A stretch of 52,708 bases of DNA, filler included, from Catajapyx aquilonaris (Eukaryota), in assembly GCA_000934665.2 (NCBI GenBank). It is 3 parts of 3 records of this genome, joined end to end, with 100 filler letters (N's around TTAATTAATTAA, not from the genome) between each part and the next. Parts side by side here need not be neighbours in the genome. Positions count along the whole stretch, not along the records: positions 1 to 17,515 come from KZ539618.1; 2 more parts are not named here. One strand, given 5' to 3'. The position numbers and the translations under genes were made by a program. Under the pieces are notes generated by a model. The model was not told the origin of the DNA. It saw nothing but the letters and a program-made list of their open reading frames with translations, and made no database searches. Positions 1-11,470 of this stretch are shown here, piece after piece (position 1 is the first letter of the stretch; each line of letters starts with the position of its first letter).

Positions 1-660
1 TTAAAAGTAACTGCTACTCTCGGAAATAATATATTTGATTAAAGCGTTCTTTAGCAGTAACCGCGACAGAGAAGTAGCGGTTACTTGTAAATAACACGTA
101 TGTCAAATCTGCTCTAACGTAACTGCTACAACAATAACGTGTAAGCGTCAGTGCTACTCTCGGAAATATATTCGATGAAAGCGTTATTTAGCAGTACCCA
201 CCAGGGTCACCTACATGAGTGCCTCCCCCACCTAGACAGGGTATTGTCTCTCCGCCATATTGGAGCTAAATCACATAGGAGCTACATGCAGTGAAAAAAA
301 ACAATGGAAAAAAACAAAAACTAATCGCTTGCCAATTCCCTATCCTGCAACATGGGGCGGCCATATAGGAGCTAGATTGCATAAGGACTACGTGAAGACA
401 ATACCCAGGTTAGGGTGGGGGAGGCAACCATGTAGGGGACCCTGGTACCCACGACAGAGAAGTAGCAGCTAGTTGTAAATAACGCTTATGCTCAATCTGC
501 TCTATCGTAACCGCTACAACAATAACGTTTAAAAGGCTGCTACTCTGGGAAATAATATAATATTGGATTCAAGCGTTCTTTAGCAGTAACCGCGACCGAG
601 AAGTAGCAGCTAGTTGTAAATACCGCTTATGCCCAATCTGCTCTAACGTAACTGCTAGCA
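1..660. repeat. Degenerate tandem array (~125-140 bp units) rich in TAGCAG/CTGCTA motifs
   Basis: Recurring blocks such as ctgctactctcggaaata, aagcgttctttagcagtaaccgcgac and aatctgctctaacgtaactgcta. Interrupted by a hAT MITE and followed by a SINE. Confidence 0.8.
202..444. mobile_element. hAT-type MITE
   Basis: Imperfect ~50 bp TIRs (CAGGGTCACCTACATG...CATGTAGGGGACCCTG) and a perfect 8-bp TSD GTACCCAC at 194-201 and 445-452. Confidence 0.9.
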
Positions 661-661
661 T

Positions 662-837
662 ATATTTATTATTATTTATTTATATTATCTCATTGGGAGA
701 TTCGACGTTCCATTAGGGGGGTGGAATACCACCATTGGATGGATGAGCCAAGGCTAGGGAAGGAAGGAAGCGGCTGTGGCCTATTATACGGAAACGATCC
801 CGGAATTGTCCTGGGAGGACCGTGCAAAACCACAGAA
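662..837 (-). mobile_element. 5'-truncated SINE, family A
   Basis: Matches the body and tail of the full copy at 25161-25422 (cattaggggggtgga, ggaaggaagcggctgtggcct, aaccacagaa). The tRNA head is missing. Confidence 0.85.
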
Positions 838-1700
838 TTTAAAATTCCCAGTATCAGTTACTGAAAAATAGCGTTTAAGCAAATTCTGCTTATTTCCATG
901 AGTAGCAGCTATTTTAAACGTTGTTTAATCGCAGTTGCCGATTTGGATTGCGTCTGCAGATGTTTTGGACTCTTTTACACGCCCAATAAGCATGTCCACT
1001 CCGTCCACCCCTTCCTAATTGTCCCGTGTCCACAACTTTCTGGACAGGTGATAAATAATTCAGTTAGAAGAACACCGGCCGCTCTTACCGGACAAAAGGC
1101 TGTCAGTCTGATGGGTGCTTATATGCTCTTTGAAAATCCAATGGAAAATGGAAGTGGAACCCTATAGGGTAGAGGCTATTCTGAAACAGGTTTTAGAGGG
1201 TAAGATGTAAAATAAAACGCTATTTTTTCCCCAAATTTTTTGGGGCGAAACTGACAGTTATCTTGATGAAATTTTCGGCTACAATTGAATTAGCGAGAGG
1301 TCCAAAAAAGCACAATATTTGGGTCGATGAAAATTGCTCCTGACGACACTCTGTTGTCATTACAGGTAGGTCACATAAAGGGTAACAATGAACCAAGTGA
1401 CAGTAGTTCAGGCCAATGCGACTATTTTGGTCCTGGTAATTTTTCTGTCACATTGATGACATGTTGCGTGAGATATGCTCGGCTTGGGTTTTACAACCCC
1501 AATATCGGAACCCTTTGTGAATTCACTTAGACCCTAGTAAGGGTCGTTAATTTTAGATGGCCATAATTTTGCCGCCAAATTTTTGGGTATTTTTGGCCCC
1601 CCAAAAATGTATATTTTATTCGCATGTCGTTTGATAAGAAAGTGAGTTTGGATGTTGCAAAAAAAATTCATTTGTTGCTACTAAGACACCCGAGTGTACC

Positions 1701-2157
1701 ATACTGGCCATGGGCGCTCGCATTCGACTTGGTCGAGTGCGAGCGGTGACGTCAAAATGACGTGCACGAGGCAGGAGGGCTACACCCAGCTTACGTCTTG
1801 ACCCAGCCTATACGTCTTGACGTCACCCAGCCTATACTTCTTGACGTCACCCAGCCTATACTTCTTGACGTCACCCAGCCTACGTCTTGACGTACACCCA
1901 GCCTATAGCCTACGTCTTGACGTCACCCAGCCTACGTCTTGACGTACACCCAGCCTATAGCCTACGTCTTGACGTCACCCAGCCTACGTCTTGACGTACA
2001 CCCAGCCTACGTCTTGACGTCACCCAGCCTAGGTCTTGACGTACACCCAGCCTAGGTCTTGACGTAGGCTGGGTGTAGGCCCCCTGCCCCGTGCATGTAA
2101 TTTTGACGTCACCGCTCGCACTCTACCAAGTCGAGTGCGAGCGCCCTTGGCCAGTAT
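1701..2157. mobile_element. Fold-back MITE-like element with an internal minisatellite
   Basis: ~100 bp inverted arms (atactggccatgggcgctcgcattcgacttgg... / ...ccaagtcgagtgcgagcgcccttggccagtat). No clear TSD. Confidence 0.8.
1782..2066. repeat. 22-30 bp minisatellite, 12 copies of a (T)ACGTCTTGACGT(A)CACCCAGCC core
   Basis: Direct tandem copies without unique spacers. Confidence 0.95.
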
Positions 2158-2994
2158 ACTGGTCTAGGCGTAATTTGGGTTGCATCATGCAACCCAACAC
2201 CTGGTGGCAATCTGAATGATCATAACCTAAAACTGTAGAATAGTTTACTTTCCGATACTTTGATTGGTGGAATAAAACCTGTCCTATCTCTATCATAGAA
2301 CCCGTTTCAGTTTGGCGCGCATCTTTACGACCGAGCAGCCTTTTTTTTACTTATATTTTTATTTTTATTTTTAGTGAGCCATCATGTCAGGGTAGGAGTT
2401 GAACCAATCAAAAGCCTTCCCTTGAATAGGTTAATCCAACCGGGCAATTTTGAGCCCGGGTATTCCCCGTGACTGCAAAGGTATTTTTATGCCTTCCAAT
2501 CCCAGCGACATTGCTCAATCGACTTGGAGGGGGTTCTAAAAGGGGGGAGTTTAGAACCGGGCTTATTGAGGCTTGCACGACCGTAGCATGAGTTAGTTGT
2601 GTGTGTGTGCACTGGATCCAACCCCCTCTAGCACCACTTCAATCTCCACTTTTTATTGGCCACACACATACTCAGTTAATTGGGAGATCCTATAGGGTTA
2701 GATCTAGGATCAGGTACTATTTTTTCCTAGAATGTTTTGGTGACATTGGGTCGAATCATAGGGTATTGTTTTGTGTCAGGCGCTTTTGTTTGATTAATGA
2801 GCGTTTTTTCGGGTCTTTTTTTTGTGGTTTTTGTGATGGGAAGAGGCTACGTGCATATTTTGGGGCCTTTGTAGAGGCTAATTCTTTTTTGGAGCGAATT
2901 TTTGCTTTGTGACGGGTATACATCATGCCATGCTCTTTGATGTTACCTGAGTACCGGTACTGTATTCGACGAGGTAGCAAAAATAATTTGTAGT

Positions 2995-3118
2995 TTTAGA
3001 TATTTATTTATTTATTTATTTAGATATTTTTTATTTTTTATTTAGACATTTATTTATTTATTTAGATATTTTTATTTTTTATTTAGACATTTATTTATTT
3101 ATTTAGATATTGACATAT

Positions 3119-3173
<55 letters not shown>

Positions 3174-3385
3174 GATATTAATTTGTTCGTTCGTTCGTTC
3201 ATTCATTCATTCATTCATTCATTTTTGTTTGTCCTATAAAAATGGGCATAAACTAAACCAAACCCAAAAAACAAACTTTCCCTTATATAATAAGAGATTC
3301 ATACATACGTTCGTTCGTTTCGTTCGTTCGTTCGTTCGTTCGTTCGTTTCGTTCGTTCGTTTCGTTCGTTCGTTCGTTATGAATG
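2995..3385. repeat. (TTTA)n, (TTCA)n and (TTCG)n microsatellites
   Basis: Directly visible simple repeats. Confidence 0.95.
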
Positions 3386-3860
3386 AATTCATTAATTAAT
3401 CCAATAATTCATTTTTGTTAGTCCTATAAGCCTAAATAGGTATAAAACCAAATCTGAACAAAAAACAAACATACCAACTTTCCCTGATGCAGGGTGTTCC
3501 AAGTTCATGGGTCACTTCTTAATATCGCCCGATAGCAGTTATATTTGTAGCTTGCTGTGCCTCTAACCATGTGTCGCATTCAACATATAACTACTGCTAT
3601 ATATATTCGACACACTGGGGGTAGTTATGGGGCGGAATGGAGCGCATGGTTAGGGGCGCAACAAGCTACAAAAATAACTGCTATCAGGCGATAACAGTTA
3701 TCAAGATGTGACCCACGAACTTGGAACACACTGTATAAAAGAGATTTGGTTATTTATTTATTTATTAGTTTATTGTTTGTCTTAAACAAGTAAATGGGTA
3801 TAAAACCAAACATGAACAAAAAACAAGCGAACATACTTCTCCTTAATATATTATTGTATA
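3225..3860 (-). mobile_element. Three repeated Helitron-like 5' end modules
   Basis: Three copies of aaatgggtataaaaccaaa...aaacaaac...ctttcccttatata. The reverse complement begins A|TCTCTTATTATATAAGGGAAAGTTTG, like arthropod non-autonomous Helitron 5' ends, and is followed by microsatellites. Confidence 0.55.
3490..3733. mobile_element. Tc1/mariner-type MITE
   Basis: ~90 bp TIRs CAGGGTGTTCCAAGTTC...GAACTTGGAACACACTG. TA on the right flank and TG on the left. Interrupts the second module of 3225-3860. Confidence 0.85.
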
Positions 3861-5264
3861 TAATTTTGACCCCCTTTCGACCCATCTATGTATGTTACAC
3901 ATATGGAGGCATTGATCAAACATGGACTGTAGTATTGGTTGCATTTGGAATATAGGTGTGGGAATGATTGGGTTGCAAATGAAATTAAAACCTGCCCCGG
4001 CCAATCATCAGCAACACCTGCAAATTACAGGGTTCATTGCTTCTGGCTACGGGTGTCGTTAACGCGATTTAATGTTGTCCATACTCGGTTTCATGTTTTT
4101 TTTTTGGTAATGAACAGGGCGGTAATTGTTGAGGGCGAGAAAATATTGACAAACAATCCATATGTGGATATGTGAGTGTGAATTTAAAAAAAAAATACAT
4201 ATATTAAAAACCCGTGGTTATTTTCAGCCCTAGCTGTTAATAGCGGTTAACACTAGCAGCTATTCCGCTATTTTTGCCCAACATTTTTTGTATGGTTTGA
4301 CTTTAGGTGTTTGCGTGTGAAACTGTTGATGGGAACGGATTGTAATTGGCAGGACCCGGTTTTAGAGCTGGCCAGTAGTATGATGGCCCCTGTCTAAATT
4401 GGAAAGTCATGTCGGCAACAAATGGCAATGCAGATTAGGAAATTGCCTGTTGTTTGGGAGTTAAAAAGAGTGGGGAGGTTGGTATGACTCGGTAATGAAC
4501 GATTGTCAATTTAAAATATAGATGGCTCCCTCAGGATGGGGGGTAATTAAATGCTGGTGGATGTTGCCCAATTGGGTTATGGTGGGCGGTGATTAAAAAC
4601 CGGGTGCTTGAATTATGAGTGACGGGCTTGGTAATGAGCCGGGCCAATAAGATGGGGCCAGTCACGTGAGAGGAGAGGACCAATCACGGCTGACCACCAT
4701 AAACATGGCTCCCAAAAGGCTTGATGGTAATTAACGGTCTGTTTGTGCTAGCAATTTTGTTAATTACGTTAATTGAAACGGCATGGAATTATGAATGACA
4801 GCCGGATAATGCCTGTTTTTTTTATTCCATTACTTGTGATAGTTTATTTAATTTGTCAGCCCAGCTTGCTAGACACAGCTAGATATGTGATAATCACGTG
4901 ATCATAGAGATAGATTACACGCAATCAATTAACGTCATTTTTTATGACCAGTAATAGAGACGCCACACACTAAATAAAGATTTGAACTCTACTGCCTGAC
5001 ACAGCTACTTATAGTGCATCCATAAAACTATTAATTACACGCCATTAATTTAATTAAACACTGCTTGCCTACAAAACTGAATTGATTAAAATTATTCATA
5101 TTTCAATTGTTGTCTTTTGTGTTTTAATTATGCATATTTGTAGATTTTTCAATGTACACGAATTTTTATTTTTCTCTTCTTTTCTTTTAATCTAATAATT
5201 TAATTTCATTGTATTGTTATTTTATTTTATTTATTTAGTAATTTGTTTAGTTTGATCTATTTTA

Positions 5265-5612
5265 TCTACAGTATATCAATAAAGACATTTGTGAGTCTGT
5301 CTGTCCGCCCACCAATGCCATCTGGATGCGGTCCTTCTCCCGCCTGTATAACGCCAACCGTCATTTGCCTGCCATCTGTGCTCCACCCCCGGGCCGGGAG
5401 AGGATGGAGGTGTTGGGGGTTGACTACAGATGGCAGGCAAATGACGGTTGCCGTTATCCAGGCGGGAGAGGTTGAAGGTGTTGGAGTAGCCGGACCACAG
5501 ATGGCATTGGTGGCCGGACATACAGAAAGACCGACAGTTGACGGGGGTACTGGCAGGTGTTTTCCCTTTATTCATTTCTTCCCGGGCAACGCCCGCCGGC
5601 TGCCGCAGCTAG
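5265..5612 (+). mobile_element. Non-autonomous Helitron with an internal fold-back
   Basis: 5' A|TCTACAGTATATCAATAAA followed by GTCTGTCTGTCC. 3' CCCGGGCAACGCC...CAGCTAG|T. Inserted between A and T with no TSD. Confidence 0.8.
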
Positions 5613-6562
5613 TATTTTATATTTTTGTGCACATATTTTTTATTTTCTGTTTACATATAAAAATTAACATCATAATTATGTGCATATAATTATTATGTAT
5701 TATATATTTTATTTACTAATTTCGCGAATTTACATTTTCCAACACTGCACAGCCTCCTCACCGCACAGTACTCCTACTTTATGTCCGAAAAGTGACAGCC
5801 CTTGCCCCGGGGCCAATCATGCGGCGCTGTCCACCACACTTCCGCCTCCTTCCGCTTGGCGTCCCATCGGACATGAGCCCACCCCCAGGCCCAGGATCTA
5901 CTCTCCCCGATATGCAAATCATCCCGAACCTTTTTTTTCATTATTTTCCACCTCCGTGCATGATGAACAGTACGGACCGAACAAGCTCCAATATCGATAT
6001 TTTAGGACCCCCCCCCCCCCCCAAAAAAAAATACCCGCGGAGAGTTCAAAGTCCCCGATCTAAATCCGGGACCCAGCTTGGATTCGATCTCCTATATCTC
6101 TCCGCGAAACAACACCACAGAAAGAACTAAAAAAATAACCCCTGGTTACACCCTGGACAAAGTTTCCCCTTGAATGTACTTGGACCTTGGTTGGACAAAC
6201 GAGCCCAAATTACATTGAGAAGCAGGACCGGACAACAAACAAAATTCCTGTTTGCATCTGGAAACAAGGGTTAACTTTCTACACCATAAGTTAGCCCATG
6301 GGTAATTTTGCACCAGACTTGACATTATAATATGCAACCCTAGGCGAGGCATTTTTGAGGGGGGGGGGGGTTTATAGATGCATCATTTGCAATTACAACA
6401 CCAGTGTTATAATAAAAAAGTGAGCCGCGTAGAGCAAATAGAATTTTCAGTAGGTCCCCGCAAATCCGCTTGGCCCACAATGGTCAACATTGATCCACCT
6501 GCTGGGTCTCCACTGAATTTCGAATCATCATAATGCAAACAGTTGGAGAAAGATTTATTAGG

Positions 6563-6905
6563 GTAGGGCATGGTGTCTCACAATGCTTTATATGCAAACT
6601 GGAATGACATTGTGGAGAACACAGTACTTTAAATTGTCACCAAAATATTTTTTTGGACATGGCCATGGATGGTCTGCATGTTTCACGTGCAGACGAAAGG
6701 GACATTTTACAGAATATCACAAAAATTTTATGGACACCCTGTACTTATTCTGGTCACCATGTACTCACAAATTGTCACCAAAAATGTTTTTAGAACAATC
6801 TGTATTTACATATTGTTATAGGATAGGACATGGTTTTTCACAATATTTCATATGCAGACGATGTGGTCATGCTGGCGGATACTCTACCTGAAATTGTCAC
6901 AATTT
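6563..6905 (+). pseudogene. Decayed Cys/His-rich (zinc-knuckle-like) repeat coding region
   Basis: Hand translation gives GHGVSQCFICKLE*HCGEHSTLNCH, GHGWSACFTCRRKGHFTEYH and GHGFSQYFICRRCGHAGGYST*NCH, with stops and frameshifts. Confidence 0.55.
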
Positions 6906-9843
6906 TTTTTCGGTACATCCTGTACTTGCATTGCTGGTTCAAAAAAAATAATTTGTGAACATCACAAACATGCTGCAGGGTGGAAGTGCCATTTGCAGCC
7001 CCCCGATGTACAGAATTGTTCACTTGCGCTGTACACAATCGGATGTGACAATCAGGCTTGGACGTATATCTGACCAAATTTAATCAGCGTCAAAACAAAT
7101 TTTCAACCAACAGCTCTTGGGGCCCCCTGCATAACATGGGTGGCAAAAGTGTTGTTTTGTACGGTACGTCCGGTATAACACCAGTGAAAACGGTGTGATT
7201 CGTTGCAACAACGAGGTCCGAATGAGGCAATACAAAGAGTGGGTCTAACTCTAAACACAGGAACAACAAGTCACTAATATTGTGAAATTATTGCTGAAAG
7301 TGCTTAATTACAGATTTCATTTTAATTTTAGTTTTAAAAATTGCGTTTATTAATTTTTAAAATTTGAGTTTACCCAGATGCAATGGAGCCAATACGGAGG
7401 GTGGCACTCTCTGAGAATTAAAGTGCCTCGCCATATTATATTTTAATTTGATCGTCTGTTTAATTTTTTGAGTTTATCAATTGATAAAAATTTGAATTTT
7501 TAATGTGCAGTTTGTCAACTATTCCAATTTTTCCACAAATATACGAAAATGATTGCTAATCACAGATTTGCTAATTGTGCTATGCATTCAAGGTCAGTCA
7601 TTATGACAGTGCCACACCCTGTCCTCCAAATTCATATTAAATAATAATGCAGATGGCCTCTCATTAGGTAATAATGTGCACCCATTGCAAGTAATGCTCT
7701 AACATCATGCCACAAAAACCGCGCCTAGAAAATTGTTTTCCCTGTCATCCTATAGCATCTTCCTATCCTCCTAGGCCCATCTAGGCAAGTAATCTGTTCA
7801 TGAATATTGTGTGATTTGATGTAGTCAGACGGTAGGGATAGAGGGTATAGGGTTTGTGGTTTGGAAAAGGAAAAGTATGTCGAGCGCAATCTGTCGTCTG
7901 AATGGCTCTTCGAAATTACCATTGGAGATGGCGCTTTTAAACGCAAATGAGACAACTTGGTTCCTAAAAGCTGACATTCGAGTCCCCCTCTCTGCGTCTC
8001 TCCCCCCCGAAGTATTTTTACTTCATTTTTTTGTGAAGAAGTTTTCCTCCAGAGCCAATCAAGCAGTAGGGTTGAATTCCTAAACAATGTTGGTGAAACG
8101 GACTATAAATGGCTGCCTCGTTGTCTATTGAAGCGGGTTCAGACTACAGATGGCACATCCTACATCTCTGCATACTCCTGCCACTCTCACGTGGTCACAG
8201 ACTGAAGCTTATCACTAGTTGTGAAAACCTGCCCCCATCCGGTCATGTGATGGGGAGGGGCATGCACACTGCAGCAGTGCGCATGCCCCTCCCACATCAC
8301 GTGATCGGCTTTGGCCAGGGGAGAGTCAGTTTGTACCCTGACTCGAGAGTCTATACTCAAGTGGGGATCTAGGAGGTCTAATAAACCAGTGTCCATGGAA
8401 CCCAGATGTTTTCTTGTTAGAGCTTACCCAGGGTTGGCCCCGGGGCGGCCCCGGGGTCGTCACAAACTGCCCCTTTTGGAATCTAAATACCTTTGCGATT
8501 CTTCTAGTTCTAGATAACAAGCTCATTATAAGCCAACTACGTTTGGAATTTACTGAGTTACATCTGAGTTACGAAGCGTTGTAATGCCCTGTCACCACTT
8601 GTCTAGCACCAATTTGGAACTTCTGCTTGACGAACCTTGTGGCCTTTGGGCTTTATTTGGGAGGAATTTCAGCCAGGAATTAAGCCCGACCCGACGTGTG
8701 GACAGATTCTATAAGGCTTAGTACCTATCCTTGACCACAAATCTGAATAAATGCTATAGGATAATAGTTGGAGTAGGACCAGGGTTTTTAAATCCACATA
8801 GTTTAGAAGGAGCACTAAAATTTTAAAGTGTTTTCTGTTGGCACCCTTGAAAGCAGCACCAACTACTGTTAGCCATTGGCTCTAACGGAAAAAAAAGTTG
8901 AGGGAAAAACCCCGCAAGGAAAACCTTTATCTAGATCAGAAGGCTGTTGGGGATTGGTCGGTTTGAGAGGGGTGGGTGGTGGCTGATTGGGCCTTAGGCT
9001 CTCAGGAACAACAAGACACTCCGACTGGAAAGAGCTCATTAGCAGTCGGTGCAAGTCGCTTTGAACTAATCGCTGATGTAGCCTTAGGCCACTTTCTTTC
9101 ATGTTCAAGCGGTTAGAGGTGCATAATCACAGGCGGGCCTCGCTCTGCCAAGGACCCTTCTTCCTTAGGCGGCTTTTGTGGCCCTAACGAAGACGGAGCT
9201 TAGGACTGGCTTTTTTTGAAAGTTTTTTTTTCTTTTAGGAAAGACGTAGGTGTAGGCCTTCAGGTGTGTTTCTTTAATGGCTGGGATTGTATAAAGAAGT
9301 TGTACAAGAGGTAGAATGATTTCAATAAATATATATAACTACATAACTACATAATCTGATTTTTTGAACAAAATTAAATGAATTGTTAACTGACAGCAAT
9401 TTAGTTGGCTATATGCTCATATGCTTTTACCTGAGGTGCCTGAAGGGTCAGAAACAAAGTGTGACACGTCTAACCGTGTAAGAGTTTGACGCTTTTTGGA
9501 GGACTAAATGGGGCGAAAAGTTGTGGCCTTTTCAAGCAGGGTTCCAAACACGTTGTGACAGCAAGTTGATGGATTTGTTGGTGGAAAATTTTTCGAACCT
9601 TCTTGGCCCCCATCTCTTTCCCTAACAGCGATTTTGAGTCGATCAAATATGGCGGAAGATATTTGCCCAAATTTGGTTGACATATACGCTTCTTTAGATA
9701 AATATTTCAGCCAATATATTAAAGAGTGGAGTATTTAAAAAATTAAGTTCGGATTGAATTAGCAATTAGTAATTAATAATTACACAAATACAAAAATGGA
9801 TAAATTAGTGAACATATAACTAATAAATTAGAAAGCAATAATA

Positions 9844-9975
9844 CAGTTGAATCCGGGTATAACAGACTTCAAGGGACCGCGTAAATCAGTGTTATATCCA
9901 AGGTCTGTTATAGCCGTATAAACAGGCCATGTGTGGGTATGTTATAGTCGATGCTGTTATATCCGGATTCAACTG
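9844..9975. mobile_element. pogo/Tigger-type MITE
   Basis: TA|CAGTTGAATCCGGGTATAACAG...CTGTTATATCCGGATTCAACTG|TA. Confidence 0.88.
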
Positions 9976-11227
9976 TAAATTAATAAATTAGTAAACATCT
10001 TGATAAAATAGTAAATATGTAAATAAATTTATTGACAAAGGAACACATTAAAAACAAATAAATAAATAAATAGGTATCCAAATAAGGAAATGAAAAATAT
10101 ATTTATTAATTAATATTAAATAAATAATATTGTTTACCAGGCTTAAGTAAAACCAAACTAGTTAATTGTGTCTGATATTTCGGACAGGTACACTTCGAGT
10201 ATACCATAACGAAACCCCCAAAATATTGCTTCATGGATTTGCATGTCTCGACATCTCCATACATTTTTCAAAGCAGTTTCCATTACACGCTGGCAAGAAA
10301 TCTCTCTCGCATTTCGTCACCCGCTCAAGATGCCCCCTCCCATCCTCTTAAATCCTTCAGCTAGGAAAAAAAATCACCATATTTAAGCTTTATTTAATTT
10401 GAAAATTCAAGCCCTTCCCGTTTCTCTCGCCAGAAACTGCGTGATCGCCATAACGAATGTACCGGACGGCAGTAAATGCGTGGAAAAATGATGGGAATAA
10501 TAAAAAAGTGGTAAAATGTAAGGGGAAGAGCCAACGAATTGTTAAAACCAGTTTTTTTTTGTAGAGTGGTGTGAATATATGGCCGAATTGTGCGTGATCT
10601 GAATGTAAGCAGTTTATTTTCAAATATTTCCCCCCCCCCCCCCCCNNNNNNNNNAAAATTTCCCCCCCCCCCCCCCCCCCTTTTATTTTGCCGCATTTCA
10701 TACAAACATTCCTGTGGATCAAAAATGGCCGCCTTTTTTCATCCGTGTCCATGGCTACAGGGGGGGGGGGAATCACAATTTTGAAAAAAGTGACCCCCTG
10801 GAGCGGTCCGGATCCCCGCAGAACCCTTTGAAGTCATTGCAATCAAGGTGGACTAATAATCAGAGAAATGAAGCGGCGAGAGAGGTTTGTTGTATACACA
10901 CACGCGAATGCAAAGAACTTTAATGAAATTTTTGAACCCTGGAAATGAAAATAATTTTTTTCCTTTGGTTTTTGTACGTGAGATTAAAATGAAAGTGTGA
11001 TCACGTGATCGCAAAGATCTGCAGGGCTGCCAGACGAAGCAACAAGCAGATCCGCCACTCAGAATTAGGACGAAGCAATGATGGTAACTGCCATCGGACC
11101 TTCCACAGCATCATACATATCATACTCGTACCGTCCTGACTCGTACTGTATAAACAAACAGACAAACAAACTAACAAACAAAAATAATGAATTCGCTGAA
11201 AATAAATACGGTAAATAAACTAATAGA

Positions 11228-11470
11228 ATAATAAATAAACTAATAAAAATAAATTATTTCAAAATAAATAAACTAATAAAAATACATTATTTCAAAATAA
11301 ATAAACCAATAAAAACAAATTATTTTAAAATAAATAAACCAATAAAAATAAATTATTTCAAAATAAATAAACTAATAAAAATAAATCATTTTTAAATAAA
11401 TAAACTAATAAAAATAAATCATTTCAAAATAAATAGAATTTAAACAAAATAAATCATTTCAAAATAAATA
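11228..11470. repeat. AT-rich 33-bp minisatellite
   Basis: Tandem copies of aaaataaataaactaataaaaataaattatttc. Confidence 0.9.

Noticed and set aside
1782..2066. CRISPR-like array of short, partly palindromic repeats
   Set aside because: The repeats are contiguous with no unique spacers, there are no cas genes, and the context is eukaryotic.
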